The notes: generated from the sequence alone by a model not told the origin. Counted from the stretch's first letter, positions 8,212 to 20,143 are shown. The stretch is 64,000 nucleotides of DNA from an uncultured Verrucomicrobiae bacterium (GCA_963762565.1 CAVXLD010000005.1:32001-96000), one strand, 5' to 3'. Numbers and translations: made by a program.

Positions 8212-9784
8212 ATGGACGACATCCAAGGCGAAGTTGTACCTGGCTTTTTCAAACCTCATCAGACGCTGTTGGGACTTCACATCCCAGATCGGATAACCGC
8301 CCTGCGGAGGTTTAAGAGAATAGTCAAAGATCTTCCGCAGAAATCACTACCGCAAGGCAAACACTCGACGATCGGCGCGCGCACCGCGAGTTTCGTCGAA
8401 GGACGAAATCTGGCGCATCCGAGGCTGAGCAAGCAGGGGTCCTTCCGCCATAGGATTTTCTTACCGCGGTCTGATTCGCTTGACACCAAGCGCCAGTCTG
8501 ATCACTAGCGAACCATTTCGATTGGGACTTGTGGCTCGCTCGACACTCTTGGGCGACCCGATTGATGCCTCCGAAGAGGGTGCTCCCTGGAATTGGGTCG
8601 TAGGTGCTCCGGGCGCTGAACTCGATGCTCTCGTGATCGTTGCCGGCAACCAGCGAAATTGGGTCACCAAGAGAGCCAGGGAATTAGCCGAGCGGTTAAT
8701 GAAGGGCGGCGTCACTGTCGCCTATGACGAAGACGGTGATGTTCGGACTGGCGAGGGGCGCGGGCGAGAGCACTTCGGCTTCAAAGACGGTATTTCACAA
8801 CCGGGTATCCGAGGGCGGGCGTCGGATAGTCCAAACGACTTTATTACCGAGCGTTATATCGCTTCAAGCGAAGTGCCTGAGCGTTGGTTGTACGGCTATC
8901 CTGGTCAGGATCTGGTTTGGCCTGGCGAATTTGTAATTGGATACCCAAAGACCGGCCCTGATCCGTTGGTTCCCGCCCCTCCTGACCCAATTGAACCGGA
9001 ATGGACGCGGAACGGTTCTTTTCTAGTCTTTCGTAGGCTTCGCCAGGACGTAGGCCTTTTCTGGCGCAGCATGCGTGCAATGGCCGCCGAGCTCGCAATG
9101 TTGCCAGGATTTGTTGGCATTGAAGAACAGCGATTGGCGTCGTTATTGGTTGGACGTTGGCCGAGCGGCGCGCCTGTTAACAGAACGCCCGCCGCAGACA
9201 ATTACGAATTAGGAAATGACGCATTAGCCAACAATAATTTTCAGTTTGACTCTAATGGTCTGCTTGTGAAGCTCGCTGGTAACCGCCGCGACGGATATCC
9301 ACAAGCGAAGGCCGACCCACTCGGAGCGACTTGCCCGTGGGCAGCCCATGTTAGGAAAGTCAACACCCGTGATTCCGCGTCTGACATGGGTGGTCGCGAA
9401 AGTACTTACAATCGTCGCATCCTGCGAGTCGGGGTGCCATTTGGTAAATTCCTGGACAGTCGCAACGCGACTGCGAAACAGGATCCAAAAAAACGCAACC
9501 GCGGTTTGCTTTTCCTTTCTATACAAGCCTCGATCGAGAAGCAGTTCGAGTTTCTCGTTTCGCGATGGATAAACGATCCGTCGCGACCGAAGATGCCTGG
9601 CGGACAAGACATGCTAGTCAGTCAAAAATCAGCTGCAGAAGATGGCATTCGACGATGTTTCCTGTTGGGATCTGGATTGCAGCAGGTAAAACTCTCCACC
9701 AACCAAGAGTGGATCATCCCGACCGGAGGTGGTTACTTCTTTATGCCCTCGATAAGCGCTCTTCGTGAGGTAATCGCTAAGTGA
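8212..9784 (+). pseudogene. Dyp-type heme peroxidase, frameshifted in the N-terminal part
   Basis: MDDIQGEVVPGF N-terminus; EHFGFKDGISQP (GxxDG), NGSFLVFRRLRQDV, AHVRKVNTR, RILR, GGGYFFMPS. Confidence 0.85.
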
Positions 9785-9824
9785 GCAAACAAACACACTG
9801 GTCAAACGGGACGCCGGAGCACGA

Positions 9825-12800
9825 CTAGCTACCGGGCGATCCGACTGGATTGACATGCGCCAGACTTTGCAATGCTTGACTTATTTCATCGATCAGCATT
9901 TGTCGGTCACTACCGTCGTACAGTTCCGCCAAGTCCAAACCCGCCTGAAGAAACCTTTGGGTTTGCGTTATGTTTTCATTGCCGCCTACTTTTTCCATAG
10001 TCATGGCAGCCTTATAGAGCGCCAAAATTAGATCCCGTCGCCAAGTCGAATTGGATTTGTCTTGCTCAGCTAAATTTCGTCGGATCTGCAAGCTTTCCTC
10101 GTACACCTCGAGTGCTTGCCGAATCCTGCCTTGTGCTGCTAACCCATCGCCAAACTTTTCATAGCTCACCGATAGCTCTCGTTGCCAGTCTAGGTTAGAC
10201 TTGTCCTCGTCGGCCAGTCGCTTGGCGATCGTCAAACTTTTACCGTACGCATCCAATGCATCTTGGAGCTTGCCCTGTGCTACCAATATATCCCCAAACT
10301 TGTAGTAGCCGGCCGAGAGGTTCTGCTGCGCGATCGAGCCGGATTTATCTTGTTCAGCCAGTGCTAACCAGATTTTTAGGCTTTGCTGGTAAAGCTCGAG
10401 AGCGTCCTCCAGCTTGCCCTGTGTCTGCAGCACAGAAGCAATCTTTTCATCGTTGTTTGAGAGATCCCATTGCCAAGTTGAGTTGGATTTGTCTTGTTCA
10501 CTTAAGCGCTCGGCAATTGCCTGTGCTTGCCGGTAAAGATCCAATGCATCCTGGAGCTTGTCTTGAGCCATCAGGACGTCGCCGAGCCGCGTGGTAATCG
10601 CCGATAAGTCTCGCTGCCAACTTGAGTTGGACTTGTCTTGCTCAGCCAAGTATTTGATCATCGCTAGTCCCTGCCTGTCAGTCTTCAGCGCATCATTAGG
10701 TGTCCTTGCGCTGTCAACACATCCCCAATCTTAATAAAGCTCACCGCAAAGTCCCGTTGCCAGGCTGAATTGGATTTGTCCTGCTCGGCGAGTTTCTGGC
10801 GGATGTGCCAGCTTTGCTGGTAGAGATCCAGTGCGTCCTGGAGCTTGCCTTGCCACTCGAATACCTCACCAACACGGTCGTAACTTACGGGCGAGATCTT
10901 GCTGCCAAGCAGTGTTGGATTTGTCTTGCTCACTCAGTGTCGTCCAGATTTTCAAGCTTTGTTGGTAGTACTCCAGCGTCTCGCGAAGCTTACCTTGCCA
11001 CTTTAGCTGATCGCCAACGTTGCGGTAACACAGCGCGAGAACTTGTTGCGACTCGGAGTTAGTTTTATCTTGCTCGGTCACCAGTTTGGCAAGCGTTAGG
11101 CTCCGTCGATACTCCTGCAGCGCTTCCTGGAGTTTGCCGCGTAAAGCGAGAACATCGCCAAGGTTATTCAACATGACTGTTTGCTGCCTTAGACGCGAGG
11201 GAGTTACTAACTCCTTTGATACGTTGTCTAAATATTCCTGCGCTTTCTTGGCAACGTCGTCAGTCCATGTCTAGTCGGCCAATCGGTTTCAATTTATCGC
11301 GCAGGTCGTACAGCATGAAGTTGATAATGCGGTCGCCCTGATCACGTGCATTGTTGGCTTGCTTTTGCGAGGTCTGAGCCGCGATTCTGGCTTGTTCTGC
11401 GCGGCGGTACTGACGATAGCTAACCACTCCGAAGATGATCGCTACGATAAGCGCGGCGGTGATCCCGGCCATTACGCCATACCGGATCCGTTCCCGGATC
11501 CGGTGTTGTCGCTTCTGTTCAGCAACGCTCGCGCGGACATAATCGGCCTGTGTCTGGCTCAACGAGGGTTCGAAGTCTTTGAGTAGCTTCTCTCCTTCCG
11601 CCAACGGCAGTCCCGGTCCGAGTAAATCATCTTTCTGTTTTCCGCGGCTCAGCCAGAGCTTCAGGCTCGAATCGAGCCGATCGCGCATTCGGAGGAAATC
11701 GCGGTTCTCAGTCAGCCATTCTCTGATTCGTTGCCATTCCCTGAGCAGAGCTTCATGAGCAACACTGACATTGACCTCGCCGTGGGGATCCGTATCCGCG
11801 ATGAAAAGGCGTTTGGCGATGAAGAGATCAACGAAGCCTTTCGCGCCTGACTTCCCATCTTCGCCATCGCCGGCGACAAATTCACGGTAAGGAGCGGTTC
11901 TGCGGTTAGGCGCTTCTTCCTCGCCTTGGCCCAGGGTAACCAGGTGCCGCATCACCAGCGGAAAGGCGAGTTGTTCGTTTGGTTGCAACGTCGCAAAAAC
12001 TGTCTCCGCATATTTGGCCAGCGCTCCCTTCAATTCACCGAGGTCGCGATAATCCGACCAGCGTAATAAGCCGTCACCGCGTTCAACCTGCTTATCATAG
12101 AGCAGGGACAAAACATGTTGGAGTAGGGGCAAAGATTCCGGCGTGGTCGATGCCGCATCGCGTAGCCCTTCATCCAGTCGCTGGCCGCTTTTCTGATCGA
12201 GCTCGAATTGAAGGCCGGCAGCTTCGGCCGGCAGTCGGATCATATTGCCAATCTCATAGGCCGTGGGCGGCCGCAGATCCACCTTCCCGCTAGGTCGAGT
12301 CAATTCGGTTAACTCAGGGAATTCCTGGTAGGAAGAATAAAAGTCGCTGCGTAGGGTTGCTAAAATAAAAACCCGGCCGCTTTGACTTAACCCGGCAATC
12401 GCCGAGACATATTTTTCCTGAATCTCCGTCGAAAAACCGCTGGTGAAGAGTTCTTCCAACTGATCGATCACTAACGCCAGGCGAGCTTTGGGAAGTTCAG
12501 GTGCTTCCGTCGGGGCGTCGTGGTGAAATGACTCCCGATACCGTCGTGGATGCCGAGCTCCGCGATTTCTCCGCTTTCGCCCGCAAATACGAAGTCCGTT
12601 GCAGTTTCCATTCTCTGGCGGCGTTATCGAGCGCGTCCCGGACCCGAAGTGCAACGGCGTCGGGATGATCACGCAATTCGGCAGCTAATTCCTCGACCGC
12701 ATTGGTCGACTCCGGATTCTGCAAGCCGGGCAGGGCGGCAGAGTCGAGCAAAGCATTCGCCAGTGCATCGAAACAATCGCCGCCGCTTCCGCCGCCGCCG

Positions 12801-14753
12801 GGTCGGGTCACAGCTCGACGCCATAGCCCGATCCCTTCGATTGTGCCTGGCTGGATTAACTGTGGGAGAACTCCTGCTCGCACTAAAGAGCTTTTGCCTG
12901 AGCCGCTCCCGCCTACAATGAGCACAAACGGGCGCCAGACTTTCCTCTGCTGGTCTAAAGCTTCTAACACCTCGCCGATTGCCTTGGTTCTTCCAAAAAA
13001 GATCGGTGCGTGCTCAAAATCGAAGACGTTCAGCCCACGAAACGGACTCGTTTTCCATCGGCGTACTCTTCTTTCCGGTAGTTTGGTTCTGGCATCATGT
13101 TTGACCTGATCCGCTAACAAAATCTCGGAAATGGTTCCGGAATTGTTCCTCAAATTGTTCTAAAGTCTTGTATTGATTAAAGTCAGTCGTGCCTTTCCGC
13201 TTGTCTTCCCATTGCGCCAGAAAATCGCGCTTCGACTCCGGTTCTTGTACGCTGGACTTCGCGTTCTTGTCGCGGTTCCAACGAGACCTGCAGCATTGAT
13301 TGCTGCGATAAACTCGGAGAACTGGCAGACCATGATTTCTGCTGGCATGTTCGGCTGCCCAAGCGATTTCGTATTCCGTGCCCGAAGCCGGAACCCCACC
13401 GTCTGGCAGTCTTAACTCAGGGTGAACGGGCAGGCCTGTTTGATTCCCTAAAAGGCAAACCACTAAATCAAAGTTTCCAGGGTCCGGCAGTCGCGCGACT
13501 TCGCCTTCTGACTGTGTAGTCCCAAAATTGCACACAAAGCACGAATTTCTGATGTTCTTGGTCATCACCGCTTTTCGTTGCCGTCGTGTTCCAAAAGGGG
13601 ATCAACTTCCGTTATGCGTTGAAAATCGGAACTGGATTCGGACACCAGCAGATCGAACTCGCCGGCGATCGCTCGGACGATTCGGTTTGCCAGATTTCGT
13701 TCGCTCTGGACATCGCTACTCGAAGAGACAAAGACTCTGATTGTTTTCCTGACCAGTTGCCCCGTTTCGACAGCACTGATTACCGTTGGCAGCACCGTTG
13801 CTAGTTCAGCCGGGGTTTGAAACCTTCGCGCTGGATCTTTCCTGAGCAGAACCTCAAGCAATGCAACGACCGGTTGGGGTACGTCTCGGAGTTTCTCCAA
13901 CGGCAAGAGGGCTGTTCAAGTGCTGGTTCATCACCGCATTCGGAGCTCCTCGAAACGGCGGTTGGCCGGTCAGCATCTGCCAGAGCGTGATCCCGAGGGA
14001 ATAAAGGTCAGAACGGATATCGACATCAGTCCCCGTGAATTGTTCCGGGCTAGCGAACTCGGGCGTTCCGACGAAAGCGCCCAGAATCGATATTTCCTGA
14101 GATTCGGACTCGCTAAGCGTCTTGGCCAGCCCCAGATCGATAATGTTTACTGAGACAGCGCCATCTGCCGCCGAGCTCACCATGATATTGCTCGGTTTGA
14201 TGTCGCGATGAACCAGATTCTGTTTGTGAATTGCCTCCAATCCGGCAGCAACCTGTGCGACGATTCCCAATGCCAGCTTAGCGTCGAGACAGGTAGAACG
14301 CTTGATGAGACTCCCTAAGGTCTCCCCCTCGACAAACTCCATTGCATAGAAGTAGTGTTCCTGACTCGTCCCGAGTTGGAAAACTGAGGCAACATTTGGA
14401 TGGCGAACGCTGGCCGCTGCTCGCGCTTCCCGCAGAAATCGGGATCGAGCCTCCTCATCAGCGAGGTAACGCGGGCTGATAACCTTGAGAGCAGCGAACC
14501 GACGTAAATCGACATCAAAAGCCTTGTAGGTAATCCCCATCGCGCCGCGACCTAACTCGAATGGGGATCCATCGTCGTGCCGCAGGATCTCATAGTGCCC
14601 AAAGCGGGTTAGCGGGGCCAACGGCTCGGATGGTTCGGTGGCTGCATCGTCGGGTTGAAGTGCTCCTCGAAAAGCGCAAACCGGACAGAAGTCGTCGTGC
14701 GGAGCCAGGGTGGCGCCGCAAATCTGGCAGATTCGAACTTTTGCAGCACTCAT
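9825..14753 (-). pseudogene. Ser/Thr kinase-DUF4062-like-STAND NTPase-TM-TPR multidomain gene, multiply frameshifted
   Basis: Eight consecutive ORF fragments: CxxC...CxxC, LGRGAMG, HRDIKPSN, DLGLAK; IRVFVSSSSDV; SPFRGL...FFGR, GGSGSGKSS, LVIDQLEELF, LRSDFY; one TM helix; QDKSNSxWQRDL TPR-like repeats. Confidence 0.85.
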
Positions 14754-15520
14754 GCCCTAAGCCGGCCCTCTGACGCGATCAACGCCTCGCAAAGTGAACG
14801 AATCTCGTCGTCGATCTCATTGGGATCCGTGACCGTTTGGGCCACCGCCTCTCGTAATATCTCAGAGTAACGCTTGCGAAGACGATGGATGAGTGTCTTC
14901 ACGCCCGCGCCAGTGACCTTCAGTTTTTCGGCGACGACCTCGTAACTGAGCGCCTGGGCTGCGCCGCTTACATCAAGAAAAGGTCTCAGGGTTTCGAAAA
15001 TGTTCCCTTTTCCTTGGGCTGAATACTCTTCTTTCAGTCGTTCCATGGCCCGCCCTAAAAGCGTAAGCGCCCAATTGGCATCAAAAATTTTTTCGGGGGT
15101 CAGCGAGTCAGTTGGTTCTCGACTGTATCGATCCTCGCCATCACTGAAATCGACCGAGACAAACTCAATCTTTCCGCCCCGCTTAATCGCGTTCTCACGT
15201 TGATACTCGTTTGAAAGATAATTCTTTAGCGAGCCTAACAAGAAAGAGCGGAACTTGCCCTTGGTGGGCGTCGCTCGCTGGAGAGCTTTGTGATCAAAGA
15301 TAAAGAGGAAAAAGCCCTGGGTTAGATCCCTGGCATCCTCAGCGTTGTATCCGCGCCTTCTAATAAAGGCGTACAGCGGATACCAGTAAAGCTGGCAGAG
15401 TTCCTCCCGGGCATGATCGGCGCCTGGGGCCTGGCTTTGGCCCGAAAGCAGAACAGCACTCCAACAGGTGGTCATGAACTGGCCGCCTTTTCCGGCAACA
15501 GAATCGTCACTCGGTCTCAA
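14750..15520 (-). CDS. ECF sigma-70 factor (kinase-associated type)
   Basis: FMTTCWSAVL...LCQLYWYPLYAFIRRRG...DARDLTQGFF...GKFRSFLL...VKTLIHRLRKRY; stop overlaps kinase start (ATGA). The 415-aa ORF call extends into repeat DNA. Confidence 0.9.
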   Translation of the reverse strand: MRPSDDSVAGKGGQFMTTCWSAVLLSGQSQAPGADHAREELCQLYWYPLYAFIRRRGYNAEDARDLTQGFFLFIFDHKALQRATPTKGKFRSFLLGSLKNYLSNEYQRENAIKRGGKIEFVSVDFSDGEDRYSREPTDSLTPEKIFDANWALTLLGRAMERLKEEYSAQGKGNIFETLRPFLDVSGAAQALSYEVVAEKLKVTGAGVKTLIHRLRKRYSEILREAVAQTVTDPNEIDDEIRSLCEALIASEGRLRA

Positions 15521-15697
15521 AGTGTCTCTATTTCCCCGGGGTAGAAGTTTACCAGAAGTACAACCGTTGGGAAGGGGACATTTATCTAAAAGCCGGATTC
15601 GAGGACAGCTTGTCCGTCGTACCCCACGCTCTATGTTGCCGACCGCTCGAAGTCGGCCTCGTCCCGCGGCCGCGCGGCACGTGCCGGACCCAGCGCT

Positions 15698-15820
15698 GGG
15701 AGGGATCGCGTCCCCGCGATCCGTTGTTCCCGAAGCCGAGCGTGTTTTGTCAGTCGAGTGATCGGAATACGTCTGCAAGCTTGGCACGTCTTTGCGGCGC
15801 GCGAGGACGCGCGCCCTCCC
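15698..15820. repeat. Palindromic REP/MITE-like element, family A (empty form)
   Basis: gggagggatcgcgtccccgcgatcc...cgcgaggacgcgcgccctccc; copies at 47655, 56144, 60329 and 61528, partial copies at 52069 and 52777. Confidence 0.8.
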
Positions 15821-15980
15821 GGTCAGGGGCCGGCCAACGCCTGCGCCCTTATGTTGACGCGCATGCGCGGCCGCGGGAAGGCGCGCTCCACGGAGCCGTA
15901 GCAAAATTTCTGAAACTTCGGCTCCGGAAATCTTTTGTAGCTCCTCTGAGGTCGGGAACCCGCCCGCAAAAGAATCCACT

Positions 15981-16250
15981 ATGAAAGCTAAAACCATCCA
16001 ATTACCAGCTCGGCTCAGCGGCCGTACATCACTTCCGGCGGGTACTCACCCAACGACGGCGGGACATCTCAGGCTCCTCATCGAAACCGATGACCGTCGA
16101 TCTTGGTACACGTTTTTCCGTTCATTACGAGCCGTTCTTTCCGCGGTCCTCGACAGTTCCGCCTATGACCAAATCTCGTTGGGTCGAGAGGTCTCGGTCG
16201 CGTTTACTTCACAAGGGCCGGTCGTCTATCGATCCGGTCGGAAAAGCTAG
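15981..16250 (+). CDS. Hypothetical protein
   Basis: 89-aa ATG ORF divergent from the ECF; no recognisable motif. Confidence 0.35.
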   Translation: MKAKTIQLPARLSGRTSLPAGTHPTTAGHLRLLIETDDRRSWYTFFRSLRAVLSAVLDSSAYDQISLGREVSVAFTSQGPVVYRSGRKS

Positions 16251-16759
16251 GTCGATTCTGTTTCTGCCACGCGGGAGACGAATCGGACGGGGCGATTCTC
16301 GGACAGGTCATGAACTCAAGCTGGGCGGCCCTCCGCCATCCCACTTTTCGACGCGCCGGTCTCGACCGCTATCGTCGCCCAGTGGCGCCTGAGACCGAAC
16401 TCGGCCTCGTGGCGGTTAGCCGCTAATAGCTTTGATCCATCAGTCCCATCTTTAATCCGAATTACCCAGACTGAACGCGGTTTCTGCGCGCGCCTTCAGC
16501 GCTAAACGGTTTTTATTCCTGGGTACCGAGGCCATCAGGCAGATTCCAGATTAGGCTAAAGGTCGTCTTACCAGCTGCTATCGCGCACTATTTCTCAGCG
16601 AACAACCGCGCTCCGTCGATGAAGGCACCAATCTGGCGCCCTTTCGCCCTCTCGAAGGGGTATGGACCGGTCAAGAGAGCTGTCAATGTGGTTGCAGAAA
16701 CGACAGCTGTTCTTCTCCCAAAGATATTCTCGGGTGCCAAGACCGAAATAACGTCAGCG

Positions 16760-17184
16760 TGAAACTCCGGGTCGCGAAATACTAAGTACTCCGATGAAGC
16801 CGGTGACCGGCTAAATAACAAAAACCTAAACGGAACAGAATATGTTTACTATTACCCACAATTTTATGCCGGCTCATCTGCTAGTTCGTCCGAAGCCGGA
16901 GGAAAAACCTGTAACTGAACAGAAGGAAAGCCCAGAGAGAACCGTCGAGCCGGAAACTCGGCTTTGGAAAGTGACCGCTGAGACGGTTAAGCCGAACCTA
17001 GTTAGGTCCGAGCTGCTGATCCTTTCGGTCTTCTTGGCCGTGGTCCTCTCGGCCACTGTTGTTAGTGTTCAGGAACTATCTCGCCTGATGAGATCGAATG
17101 CTATCGAGCACGTGGCGGCTAGGGCGCTGCAGGTCTCAGAGTAAAGTACGAAAATCAGGTGATTGGTGATAAGTGATTCGTGAT
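16760..17184 (+). repeat. 425-bp direct repeat, copy 1
   Basis: Matches 18449-18873 with 4 substitutions seen. Confidence 0.95.
16842..17144 (+). CDS. Hypothetical single-TM membrane protein, copy 1
   Basis: 100 aa, TM LLILSVFLAVVLSATVVSV; identical protein at 18531. Confidence 0.65.
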   Translation: MFTITHNFMPAHLLVRPKPEEKPVTEQKESPERTVEPETRLWKVTAETVKPNLVRSELLILSVFLAVVLSATVVSVQELSRLMRSNAIEHVAARALQVSE

Positions 17185-18448
17185 GGTTCTTCCGGGTTTA
17201 GCGTGGGATTTTTGATTAGGGTAGCGTGAGAGTTTCCGCAACAGAACAGGATACGGATACGGTAATTAGCGAAGCTGCGGAAGCTACGAGCAGCATGGCG
17301 TAGGGCTTGGATTTTGGAGTTGAAGCCTTCGGTGACGCGTTAGTAATGGGATGAAGGATGTAATTGAGCAGTCGCTCAAGATGGCTACGCAACATTTTGG
17401 CCGCGACTTTGAGCTGAGGGATACGGCTGCGAATGACCGGCGGTAAAAGTTAAAAAACTCTAGGGCGGCTTCACGCTGGGGTTTTGCAAATGAGGCGAAC
17501 AGTTCTTTAGCCAGCTAGGCCGAGCTGCTTTAAGCTCACTGCGCACTAAGAACTGGAATTGTTCTTTGCGTTCTGGGCTGAGTCGCTCGGGCCGCATTAA
17601 CACCATTGCCGAGTGCTTCCCAGACGCCGATCGCCCTTTTGATCAGCGCTTGATGTTCTTTACGTCGGATCAGATCGATGGCCTGATTGAGTTCTTGACT
17701 GACGTGAAATTTATCGTAGACGATGCGCGCTGGGAGCAACCAGATGTGGGAGGCCGTTAGATAGACTTCCCACATATCCATCGCCACCGCTTCAACGCTG
17801 TCGCGTTGAGCTTGGCTCAAGCCAACCAAAGCTCCCGCGTGGCCTCATAGCTACGGCTTAAAGTCACTTCAAGACTCGGTTAGTGACCTGATCGCACAGT
17901 AGACTGCTGCAGCTTTGACCATGAGCGAACTCTTCTGGTCTAAGCGAACATAGCGTAAGGCTTCGATTTGGCGCCGTGCCAAATGTCGCTCCACGGCTCG
18001 CTCCATGATCTGTAGGGCTTGGTCCAGCAATGCGCAATAGCTGACAGCCTGTCTGCAAACAGGCGCTGGCAACAATACCCGAATCGATAAAGCTTCAAAC
18101 ATACTCGTAAAACGACTCCGATCTTCGGCCAAGGTACCGCACCATCTGAGCGACTGTTCGTAACGCACCGTGGCCCTGGCCTGACCCAGGTCTTACATTG
18201 GCAGGTATCCAAATGCCGCCACCGGCGCTCCTCGTATCCATGGATATGGGCTCTCTTACCAGCCTCCACCCATTCGACCGCCTCGCAGCTGACTTCCACC
18301 TCCACTCGTTGATGCTCCAAATCCAGCTCCACTCCAGTCACTTTCCAGGGCGCTTCACCCCCAACAATCGTTGATAGAAATCCTTCTCATTCACCTCCCA
18401 ACCTACCAAACTCCCGCTTGCCTATCCCACGCTTTTCCCCGAAGAAGC
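17185..18448 (-). mobile_element. Degenerate ISL3-family IS
   Basis: Imperfect terminal IRs ggttcttccgggtttagcgtgggat / atcccacgcttttccccgaagaagc; fragments FYQRLLG..PWKVTGVELDL, RRWRHLDTCQ, VEAVAMDMW, IVYDKFHV; many frameshifts and stops. Confidence 0.88.
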
Positions 18449-18873
18449 TGAAACTCCGGGTCGCGAAATACTAAGTACTCCGATGAAGCCGGTGACCGGC
18501 TAAATAACAAAAACCTAAACGGAACAGAATATGTTTACTATTACCCACAACTTTATGCCGGCTCATCTGCTAGTTCGTCCGAAGCCGGAGGAAAAACCTG
18601 TAACTGAACAGAAGGAAAGCCCAGAGAGAACCGTCGAGCCGGAAACTCGGCTTTGGAAAGTGACCGCTGAGACGGTTAAGCCGAACCTAGTTAGGTCCGA
18701 GCTGCTGATCCTTTCGGTCTTCTTGGCCGTGGTCCTCTCGGCCACTGTTGTTAGTGTTCAGGAACTATCTCGCCTGATGAGATCGAATGCTATCGAGCAC
18801 GTGGCGGCTCGGGCGCTGCAGGTCTCAGAGTAAAGTACCAAAATCAGGTGATTGGTGATTAGTGATTCGTGAT
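18449..18873 (+). repeat. 425-bp direct repeat, copy 2
   Basis: Offset 1689 from copy 1; begins immediately after the IS end. Confidence 0.95.
18531..18833 (+). CDS. Hypothetical single-TM membrane protein, copy 2
   Basis: Identical translation to 16842-17144. Confidence 0.65.
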   Translation: MFTITHNFMPAHLLVRPKPEEKPVTEQKESPERTVEPETRLWKVTAETVKPNLVRSELLILSVFLAVVLSATVVSVQELSRLMRSNAIEHVAARALQVSE

Positions 18874-19062
18874 TGGTGGTTAGTGAGTGGTGGACGGCGG
18901 TGGGTGGCGGCGAAGTAGTCAGTGCTGATGCTCCGCTGCGCCGCGGGTTCACCATTCCTGAACTGGCCTACCGCTTACTGCTTACTGCTTACTGAGCCTT
19001 GCGCCCACCTCGCTGATGTTTTTACTTCCTACAATCGCTTCTCACCTCTCACCAATCACCTC

Positions 19063-19968
19063 TCAATTCTCACCAGTAAGCTCTACCGTATCGTTGAACT
19101 TGCTGTAGTCGACGGTGTACCGCCCGATCTCATCTTCGGTATAGATCTCCGCGAATTGCCGGTTCCAAGCGATTTGCTCGTGCACATATTCGGTCTGGGT
19201 TTGCACCCGAGCTTGAATGACTGGGTCGGTGCAAACGATCGATGCTAGCATTCGGCTATCGGTTAGTTTCAAATCCTCCGAAGATACCCCATGTAACGGA
19301 CTGGTTTCATCGATTACATGCCGGACCGTGAGCGCTGCTGGAAAACTGATCAGATGATCGAATTGCAGCCGTAACGGATAAAAGCGCCGGACGTCTTCGC
19401 CCTCCTTGGTCACTTCGCTGCGCATTAAGAGTAGTCGAAAGTCGGCTTCGACCATGGCGTGATGTCGAAGGTTCGCCAGCCGAATCATCAATGTGGGAAC
19501 ACCATCAAACGGCGCAAGTACGGCAACACTACTGAACCTGATTCGGGCCGTCGGCCTGGAAAAACGGACAAAGATCAAGCCGGTCAACACCGCCAGACCG
19601 AAAAGGCCGACTAAGATTTCGAGCGTCGCCACGCAATGTCCATAGAGAGTGGCGGGATAAGCATGTCCATACCCGACGGTCGCGAGCGTTTCTACGCTAA
19701 AGAAAAAATGGTCAGTGAATGATCCAGGAACAAGTTCGGCGACGCAGTTGCCGCCCAGAAGATATAGACCAGCGAAGATAAGATTAATACAAAGGTAGAC
19801 CCCCAGAATCATGAAGGCGAACTGCGGCCAGGTGAGGGTTAAAACCAGGTGATAAATGTCGCGCCAGTCATATTTCATGGCGTTGACTTTGACAAACTCG
19901 CGATGCCCGGCTCGGACGGTGATTGGGGTAGAGGATCTTTTCATGAATTGGCTCCGATAACCAATCAT
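19063..19968 (-). CDS. Inward-rectifier K+ channel (KirBac-like)
   Basis: DIYHLVLTLTW slide helix, FFFSVETLATVGYG selectivity filter, FSRPTARIRFS, PTLMIRLANLR. Confidence 0.92.
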   Translation of the reverse strand: MIGYRSQFMKRSSTPITVRAGHREFVKVNAMKYDWRDIYHLVLTLTWPQFAFMILGVYLCINLIFAGLYLLGGNCVAELVPGSFTDHFFFSVETLATVGYGHAYPATLYGHCVATLEILVGLFGLAVLTGLIFVRFSRPTARIRFSSVAVLAPFDGVPTLMIRLANLRHHAMVEADFRLLLMRSEVTKEGEDVRRFYPLRLQFDHLISFPAALTVRHVIDETSPLHGVSSEDLKLTDSRMLASIVCTDPVIQARVQTQTEYVHEQIAWNRQFAEIYTEDEIGRYTVDYSKFNDTVELTGEN

Positions 19969-20143
19969 GTTGCTCCCGGAGCGGCCTTAGAGGCAAGGAG
20001 CGGGTTATCGACCCAAAAAGAAATCTTTGGGTCCGACCCTCAAAGCCCAAGGAAACGAAGCGATCGGGGATTAACGGCTAAGCACAACACATTGGACTGG
20101 TGTCCGGACAGCTCTTGAGTATAATCCAGCCCGCTCATTCACT

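Noticed and set aside
9825..11250. Diversity-generating retroelement template/variable repeats among TPR units or the gene remnants
   Set aside because: No reverse transcriptase, and differences between copies are not adenine-specific.
15521..15997. N-terminal extension of the 415-aa ECF ORF
   Set aside because: It runs through palindromic repeat DNA; sigma-factor similarity starts near 15520.
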